This document shows, piece by piece, positions 8,470-16,000 of a stretch of 46,409 nucleotides of DNA (positions are counted from its first letter, which is position 1; each line of letters opens with the position of its first letter). The stretch covers positions 1 to 46,409 of the forward strand of contig PBSL01000050.1 of NCBI GenBank assembly GCA_002726205.1. The letters are read 5' to 3'. The stretch comes from Planctomycetaceae bacterium. GTDB taxonomy: Bacteria > Planctomycetota > Planctomycetia > Planctomycetales > Planctomycetaceae. Position numbers and translations under genes: made by a program. The notes beneath the pieces were generated by a model. The model was not told the DNA's origin and did no database searches. It worked only from the letters and a program-made list of their open reading frames with translations.

Positions 8470-9858
8470 ATGTTCACCCGCCGGCAGCTGCTGCAATCGA
8501 CCGCGGTCGGATTTCCCTGGCTGGCACTGCGAGGCCTACTCGAACCCGCCGCCGCCGCCCTGGATCCCCTGGCACCGCACAAGGGGCACCACCCGGCCCG
8601 CGCCAAGCGGATCCTGTTCCTGTTCATGAAGGGAGGCCCCTCGCAGGTCGACACGTTTGACTACAAACCGCGGCTGCAGGCCGATCACGGGAAACCGCTG
8701 CCGTTCGAAAAACCCCGGGTCCAGTTCGCCCCGACCGGCAAGCTGTTGAAATCTCCCTGGAGATTCCGTCGCTACGGAGATTGCGGACTCCCCGTCAGCG
8801 AGTTGTTCCCGCACACGGCCAGGCACGCCGACGATCTCTGCGTGATCAACTCGGTTCACGGCACCAACGCCGCCCACGGCGGGGCTGTCCTGAAAGTGCA
8901 TACCGGCAGCGACAGTTTCGTTCGTCCGAGTGTCGGGTCGTGGGTCAACTACGGGATGGGAACCGAAAACGCCAACCTGCCGGGCTTTGTGACGATTTGC
9001 CCTACGCTCGCCCACGGCGGCGTAAAGAACTGGGGCAGCGCCTTCCTGCCGGCACCGTTCCAGGGAACACCGATCGGCAACGCCAGCCAACCCTCGGCCG
9101 ACGCCCGCGTTCCCTACCTCGACAGCCCGGGCAAGTCACGCGGGCTACAGAGATTGAAACTCGACCTGCTCAAGCAGTTCAACCGCGACCACATCGCCGG
9201 CTTTGGGGACGACGGGAGGCTCGAGGCACGAATCAACGCTTTCGAACTCGCCTTCCGCATGCAGGATGAAATCCCCGCGATCCAGGATCTCTCCAAGGAA
9301 TCCAAGGCCACCCAGGCTCTGTATGGCCTCGACGAGAAGATCTCATCCGACTTCGGACGCCAGTGCCTGCTGGCACGGCGGTTCCTCGAGCGAGGTGTCC
9401 GGTTTGTCCAGGTCACACACAGTGACACGATGGTCCAGTGGGACCAGCACAGCAACCTCCTCAACGGTCATACCAAGAATGCCAAGGAAGTCGATCGACC
9501 GATTGCCGGGCTGCTGACCGACCTCAAGGCACGAGGACTCCTGGAAGATACCCTCGTGTGGTGGGGAGGCGAATTCGGACGAACACCTTGCGTCCAGGGT
9601 TCCAACGGCCGCGACCACAATCCCGACGGTTTCACGATGTGGCTGGCCGGCGGCGGCGCGCGTCCCGCCACACGGTTTGGTGCCACCGATGAATTCGGGT
9701 ACTACGCCCAGCAGCAAAAAGTCCACATCCACGACCTGCATGCGACGATCCTCCACCTGCTCGGACTCGACCACCAGCAACTGACCTATCGCTATGCCGG
9801 GCGTGACTTCCGCCTGACCGACGTGTACGGCAAGGTGGTCGACGGCGTGATTGCCTGA
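8470..9858 (+). CDS. DUF1501 family protein (sulfatase/alkaline-phosphatase-like) with TAT-type signal
   Basis: MFTRRQLLQSTAVGFPWLAL... contains a twin-arginine motif. The GGEFGRTP near the C-terminus is typical of DUF1501. It lies immediately downstream of the DUF1549/DUF1553 gene, the classic planctomycete pair. Confidence 0.85.
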   Translation: MFTRRQLLQSTAVGFPWLALRGLLEPAAAALDPLAPHKGHHPARAKRILFLFMKGGPSQVDTFDYKPRLQADHGKPLPFEKPRVQFAPTGKLLKSPWRFRRYGDCGLPVSELFPHTARHADDLCVINSVHGTNAAHGGAVLKVHTGSDSFVRPSVGSWVNYGMGTENANLPGFVTICPTLAHGGVKNWGSAFLPAPFQGTPIGNASQPSADARVPYLDSPGKSRGLQRLKLDLLKQFNRDHIAGFGDDGRLEARINAFELAFRMQDEIPAIQDLSKESKATQALYGLDEKISSDFGRQCLLARRFLERGVRFVQVTHSDTMVQWDQHSNLLNGHTKNAKEVDRPIAGLLTDLKARGLLEDTLVWWGGEFGRTPCVQGSNGRDHNPDGFTMWLAGGGARPATRFGATDEFGYYAQQQKVHIHDLHATILHLLGLDHQQLTYRYAGRDFRLTDVYGKVVDGVIA

Positions 9859-10258
9859 GACGTTTTCCGGGAGTGCAATCCCCGAAACCGATTCTTCCAG
9901 GCCCCGCGACCAGATGCAGCGGACCTCTCGACCTGATGCCCGAGAAACAAGCCCCGGATCAATCCTGGGTAAGATCCGCCCCCAGAGAGCGAATCACTTT
10001 CTAGGAACATCCGGTAGTTCCGCAAATTCGCGGACACCCGTCGCTGACCGGGCGATATCGAACATCACCAATCCGCAAATTCATTAAAAACCAAAAAGAT
10101 GGAAAAACCCGATAATCGCAGGAGATTTCGTTGACCCTGACACCTTTCCTATACGTTTTTATTTAGCAGGCTTACCCTTTTTGACTCATATTACTCTACT
10201 AGTCAGGAAGGCTGGCTCTCCGACCCAGGGGGCCCTGCCTGCCGGGAGTACCTAGAAC

Positions 10259-10888
10259 GTGTCTTTCTTGAATTTCGCCGGGACATTCGAAACATGGTTC
10301 ACCATGCCCATCCAGCCGTCGAGCGTCATCGTGGCGGTGCTGCTGGTCTATTGGTCGGTGGTGGCGTTGGGCGCGTTGGATGTCGAATTTCTCGACTGGG
10401 ATTTCGATCTCAACCTCGAAACCGATGCGAACGTCTTCGACATCGGCCTGGTTCCGCTGCGATTCCTCAACCTCGGTTCAATCCCGGTCATGATCTGGGT
10501 GAGCCTTTACGCGCTTGCGGCCTGGTTTCTTTCGATGGCCATTTCCCTTTACTGGGCACCCGACCAAACCCACGGGGTGGTGATTGCCGAGGCCTTCGGC
10601 CTGGCAATGCTGGTCACGAAATTCGTCACCAACCCGCTCAAGCCGATCTTCGAAACCACCGACACGAATCGGCCGGAATCCTTGATCGGACAGACCTGCA
10701 CGATCACGTCAATGACCGTCACTGCCAGCGGAGGCGAGGCCAGCTATGCGACAGGCCAGGCCCCGTTGATTCTGACTGTCCGCTGCCTCGACGGCGAACT
10801 GGAACGTGGGCACACCGCGGAAATCACCGAATACAGCAAAGATGATAACGCGTACTTCGTGTGCGCGACCAACGAGGAGAACAAGTGA
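10259..10888 (+). CDS. NfeD-like membrane protein (short form: N-terminal TM helices + C-terminal OB-fold)
   Basis: Has 3 hydrophobic helices, then ...GQTCTITSMTVTASGGEASYATGQAPLILTVRCLDGELERGHTAEITEYSKDDNAYFVCA, an NfeD C-terminal beta-barrel pattern. The stop overlaps the flotillin start (TGATG). The start codon is GTG (track) with GGGAG 10 nt upstream; an alternative in-frame ATG lies at 10304. Confidence 0.7.
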   Translation: MSFLNFAGTFETWFTMPIQPSSVIVAVLLVYWSVVALGALDVEFLDWDFDLNLETDANVFDIGLVPLRFLNLGSIPVMIWVSLYALAAWFLSMAISLYWAPDQTHGVVIAEAFGLAMLVTKFVTNPLKPIFETTDTNRPESLIGQTCTITSMTVTASGGEASYATGQAPLILTVRCLDGELERGHTAEITEYSKDDNAYFVCATNEENK

Positions 10889-13062
10889 TGGACATGCTAG
10901 ACAATCCAATCGTCCTGGGTGCAATCGTCGGCCTTGGCTTTCTGGTCGTGATGGCAATTGCCTTTACCAAGTTCTACCAGAAGCCCGGCCCCGAAGAGGC
11001 GATCGTCAAGACCGGCTTCGGAGGGCTGAAGGTCCAGACCGGGAGCGGCATGGTCGTGATCCCGCTGCTGCAGGACGCCTCGCGAATGGATCTGTCGGTC
11101 AAACGGATCGAGATCGCTCGTGAGAACGAGGACGGGCTGATCTGCAAGGACAACATCCGTGCCGACATCCGGGTGGCCTTTTATGTCCGCGTCAACAACG
11201 CCGACGCGGACATCAAGCAGGTCGCCGAGATGATCAACCCCAAGCGAGCCTCCCAGCTCGACCAGCTGGTCGAGCTCTTCGAAGCCAAGTTCTCCGAGGC
11301 ACTCAAGACCGTCGGCAAGCAGTTTGATTTCGTCCAGCTCTACACCGATCGTGACAGTTTCCGGGACGAGATCATCCGGGTGATCGGCACCGATTTGAAC
11401 GGTTACCGTCTCGACAACTGCCATATTGACTACCTCGAACAGACGCTGCTGGAAAAACTCAACCCGCACAACATCCTCGACGCCGACGGGATCAAGAAGA
11501 TCACCCAGTTGACGACGCAGGAAAACGTCAAGCGAAACCATTTCGCAGTGGAAGAAGCCAAGATCATCAAGCAACAGGACGTCGACCGGGACGAGGCGCT
11601 CTACGAACTCGAACGCCAACGTGTCGATGCCGAGCAGAAACAGCAGCGGGAGATCGCCGAGATCACGGCGAGGAACCAGGCGGCGGCGGCGGCGGTCCAG
11701 GAAGAAGAGCGACAGCGGGCCGAGTCGGCACGGATCGTAGCCGAGGAAACGATCCAGGTTGCCGAGCAGAACAAGGATCGGCAGATCATCGTCGCCCTGA
11801 GGAACAAGGAGCGGACCGACCAGGTCGAAATCGAACGGGTCGAGAAGGACCGGATGCTCGAGGTGACCGAGCGTGAACGCGTGGTCGGCCTGGCCGATAT
11901 CGAAAAGGAAAAGGCCATCGAGATCGAGAAGCGGAACATCCAGGAGGTGATTCGCGAGCGGGTGATGGTCGAACGTGGCGTGGTCGAAGAACAGGAGAAC
12001 ATCAAGAACACCCAGGAGTTCATGGGTGCGGATCGCGAAAAGCAGGTCGCGGTGACCCTGGCCGAGAAGACGGCCCAGGAGGCGTTGGTCAAGGAAGTCA
12101 AGGCGGCCGAAGCACAGAAACAGTCGGCCGAGTTCTCGGCTCAGACGATCGTGATCGAGGCCGAAGCACAGCGGGCATCAGCGGAAAAGGAAATGCAGTC
12201 GACCAAGATGTTGGCCGAGGCCAAGAGCGCCGACGAGGCTGCGTCAGGATTGGCCGAAGCCACCGTCACCGTGGCCAAGGCCGATGCCCTCGAGAAACAG
12301 GGGACCGCCGAGGCGACGGTGATTTCACGCAAGGGCGAGGCCGAGGCGACCGTGATCGACCAGACCGGCGGCGCCGAGGCGACCGTCGTGCAGAAGAAGG
12401 CGGTCGCGGTGGCCAAGGGCGACGAGGCGAAGGCAGTGGCGACCGAGAAGGTCGGAACGGCCGAGGCCAACGTGATGGAACTGAAGTTCAATGCCGAGGC
12501 GAACGGCATCAAGGAAAAGGCCGGGTCGATGAAGCTCTTCCACGACGCCGGCAAGGAGCACGAGGAATTCAAGCTCCAGTTGAACAAGGACAAGGATATC
12601 GAGATCGCCGCGATCGGGGCACAGCAGCAGATTGCCGAGGCCCAGGCCGAGATCGTCGGCGAGGCGTTGAAGACTGCCCGCATCGACATCGTCGGCGGGG
12701 AAACGACGTTCTTCGACAAGATTGTCGATTCGGTCAAGGCCGGTAAGAGCGTCGATCGTTACATCAGCAACAGTGAAGTGCTCACCGACGTGAAGAACAC
12801 CTTCTTCAATGGCGACAACGAGTATTTCAGTGCCCAATTGCGAGCCTTCGCGACCCAGTTCGGGGTCAGTTTCGAGGATGTCAAGGACCTGTCAGTCGCG
12901 GCACTGGTGGGCCGGATGATCACGATGGCCGACAGTGATTCCGACAAGTCGAAGCTCGAAGACCTGTTGCGGGTCTTCCGCGGCACGGGACTGGCTAACG
13001 AGAAGATCGCGTCGCTGGGGCTGAGTGACAGTCAATCGATCGCAGACAAGAAGGCCAAGTAG
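10888..13062 (+). CDS. Flotillin-like SPFH/band-7 protein (YqiK/FloT type), 724 aa
   Basis: N-terminal TM helix (MDMLDNPIVLGAIVGLGFLVVMAIAF). SPFH core (EEAIVKTGFGGLKVQTGSGMVVIPLLQDASRMDLS...). Very long EA-rich coiled coil and a C-terminal flotillin tail. GAGGAG RBS 8 nt upstream. The start is trimmed from track 10861 to the ATG at 10888. Confidence 0.88.
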   Translation: MDMLDNPIVLGAIVGLGFLVVMAIAFTKFYQKPGPEEAIVKTGFGGLKVQTGSGMVVIPLLQDASRMDLSVKRIEIARENEDGLICKDNIRADIRVAFYVRVNNADADIKQVAEMINPKRASQLDQLVELFEAKFSEALKTVGKQFDFVQLYTDRDSFRDEIIRVIGTDLNGYRLDNCHIDYLEQTLLEKLNPHNILDADGIKKITQLTTQENVKRNHFAVEEAKIIKQQDVDRDEALYELERQRVDAEQKQQREIAEITARNQAAAAAVQEEERQRAESARIVAEETIQVAEQNKDRQIIVALRNKERTDQVEIERVEKDRMLEVTERERVVGLADIEKEKAIEIEKRNIQEVIRERVMVERGVVEEQENIKNTQEFMGADREKQVAVTLAEKTAQEALVKEVKAAEAQKQSAEFSAQTIVIEAEAQRASAEKEMQSTKMLAEAKSADEAASGLAEATVTVAKADALEKQGTAEATVISRKGEAEATVIDQTGGAEATVVQKKAVAVAKGDEAKAVATEKVGTAEANVMELKFNAEANGIKEKAGSMKLFHDAGKEHEEFKLQLNKDKDIEIAAIGAQQQIAEAQAEIVGEALKTARIDIVGGETTFFDKIVDSVKAGKSVDRYISNSEVLTDVKNTFFNGDNEYFSAQLRAFATQFGVSFEDVKDLSVAALVGRMITMADSDSDKSKLEDLLRVFRGTGLANEKIASLGLSDSQSIADKKAK

Positions 13063-13099
13063 TCGGGGTCCGGCACCCCCCTTGCCAGGAACTCCCGTG

Positions 13100-16000
13100 A
13101 TGGCTGACGCAGAGCATCCGCACGATGATGCGGTGGCGACTGACTCACCGGACGTGTCCCCGGTGGACTCCGGGGACGCTGCGTCGGAGATGCAGCTGGA
13201 GAGCGGGACATACGAGATCATCCGACAGCGGTTGAGCAGTCACGGCCAGGGTCTTCGCCAGCGACTCGCCAAGCTCAACACCGGACGCAAGGACGCCTTC
13301 GGATCGATCGACACGGCGCTGCTGGGCACCGAGCGGATCACGACCGCGCACAACTGCGTACCCCGCGACATGGTCTCGATCGGACCACACCTGCTGTTCG
13401 GTTACAACGTGACGTTCGGGCTGAAATCGGAAATCACCGTCACCGACGTCTTCGCTGTCCACGAGTTCGTCGAAGGCAAGTTCCAGGCCGCCCCGCTGGC
13501 ATTGATCGATGATGACCGCTTCCAGAAGGACTTCGAAGACGTCTACAAGTACTACAAGCACGCGACCTTCGCGAAGTTCTTCCAGGCCGGGCCGAACCTG
13601 TACATGATCTTCCGCGTCGGGGCCTCGGTTTCCGACATCAAGACCTTCAAGTGGGCCATCACCGACGACCGGCTGGTTTACGTCGACAGCCGTTCCGACC
13701 ACGAGGTCCGGTTTCCGCCGCAGCATGGTTTCGAGTGGTCACGGGCGACACGCGACATGCACCGCGCGGGGGAACATCCCCATGTCTCGATCGACGACCG
13801 CCTGTTTGTCGAAACCGTCGGTGGCGACCTGACCGTCAAGATCGAGAACAACACGGCCAGCGGTGCAGGGATCTACACCGAACCGGTCGACCACGTCGAC
13901 CAGACGCTCGACGACGCCGACATCAACTTCTCTCTGCTCGGCAACATCATCCTGCTGAAAATTCGTCCCTACCAGGAACAGACCGACCGTTACCTCGTCT
14001 ACAACGAGAAGGCCGAACAGGTCGTGCGACTCGACACGATCGAACATGCCTGCGTACTGCTGCCCGACGACCACGGCCTGGTCTTCTCCAACGGGTACTA
14101 CCTGCAGACCGGCGAGTACAAGGCGTTCGAAAGCGATCTGCAGGACATGCTGTTCGATCGTCGGATCGACTCGCCCAACGGAGAGGACTTTCTCTACGTC
14201 TTCTACAACCGCGAAAACGGTATCTACATCCTGCTCAACTACAACCTGATCTCGCAGCAGATCGAAACACCACTGATCTGCAATGGCTACACGATGTTCG
14301 AAGGCGGCGAACTGGTCTGCTTCCGCGCCCAGGACGCCGCGTCCAAGCACCACGCGATCCAGATCTGGCAGACCCCCTTCACCGGGGAAGGCTACGAACC
14401 GCCCGGACAGGAAGAGACCTACCTGCACAAGATCGGCAACAAGGAGATCGTCCGGGGGATGGCCGAGTGCCACGAGGTACTGGGGCTGATCGGCAAGGAA
14501 GACACCTACGCCAACCTCTATGTCGACATCGTCAAGCAGGCCACCGACATCCTCGACAGCTTCTTCTGGATCAGCAGCGAGGAAACCGGTGGTCTGGCCG
14601 AGCCGCTGACGGCAATCCGTGATGCCGCCGCCGCGGGCATTGACGAGTACGAGAAAGTCGTCCGCGTCAGACGGAACACCGCCGCGGAGACGGGCCGCGT
14701 CGAGGAAGAAACGCGGGCGATCATCGCTGATGTCGGTCGCCGCCGTTTCGAATCGATCCAGGACTTCGTCGATTCGCTCACCGCACTGCGGCGGATCCGC
14801 GGCGACATCATCACGCTGCGAGACCTCCGCTACGTCGACGCCTCGCTCGTCGACACACTCGAGGAAGAGGTCGGCCAGCAAAACGACACGCTCTCGCATC
14901 GTTGTGTCGAGTTCCTGCTGCAACCCGCCTCGCTGGCCCCGTACCAGGAAAAAGTGGTCGCCGAGCACGCCCAGATCGAGAGCCTGACGAAAGTCACCGA
15001 CGCCAGGTCGCTCGAGGAAAACATCAGCCAGAGCGCAGCTGACCTGGAAATGCTGATCGACATCGTCAGCAATCTCGACATCGACGACGCCACACAGCGA
15101 ACCACGATCATCGACAACATCTCGAACATCTTCTCGACGGTCAACCAGGCCCGGACGGCGTTGAAGAAGAAGTCGCGGGACCTGATGTCGGTCGAAGGTG
15201 TCGCGGAATTCAACTCGCAGTTGAAACTGCTCGACCAGTCGATCGTCAATTTTCTCGACGTCTGCGACACACCCGAGAAATGCGACGAGTTGCTGACGAA
15301 AGTGATGATCCAGATCGAGGAACTCGAGGGCCGCTTTGCCGAGTTCGACGAGTTCGTCGTCCAGCTCTCGGAGAAGCGAGACGAGGTCTACAACGCGTTT
15401 GAAACGCGGAAACTGCAGCTTGTCGAGGCCCGCAACAGACGGGCCAACGCGTTGATGGCCGCCGCCGAGAGAATCCTCGGAGGAATCCAGTCCCGGGTGG
15501 GCACTCTCGAGAGCGTCAACGATATCAACGGTTACTTCGCCGCTGACCTGATGATCGACAAGGTCCGTGACATCGTCGACCAGCTCACCGAACTCGACGA
15601 CAGCGTCAAGGTCGATGACATCCAGAGCCAGCTGAAGACGATCCGCGAAGACGCGGTCCGCCAGTTGAAGGACCGACAGGATCTGTTCGTCGGTGGCGAA
15701 AACGTCATCAAGATGGGCAACCACCATTTCTCCGTCAACGTCCAGCAGCTGGACCTGACCACCGTGTTCCGCGACGACGAGATGACCCTGCACCTGACCG
15801 GGACGAACTTCTTCGAGCCGGTCGACGACGACACCTTCCTGGCGACACGCGACCTGTGGAACCAGGAGATCGTCAGCGAGACACCCAACGTGTATCGGGG
15901 CGAGTACCTGGCCTACCAATTGCTGGGTGCCCTGGGAGGCGACGAGCTGCCAACGCCGGCGGACTTCCTGGCCCTCGAAAAGCCCGGCCGACTGGAAATC

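Noticed and set aside
13025-13099. GTG start at 13025 for the giant ORF, overlapping 38 nt of flotillin
   Set aside because: The downstream ATG at 13100 has an AGGAA RBS and avoids the overlap. The upstream frame segment is Pro/Arg/Ser-rich low complexity.
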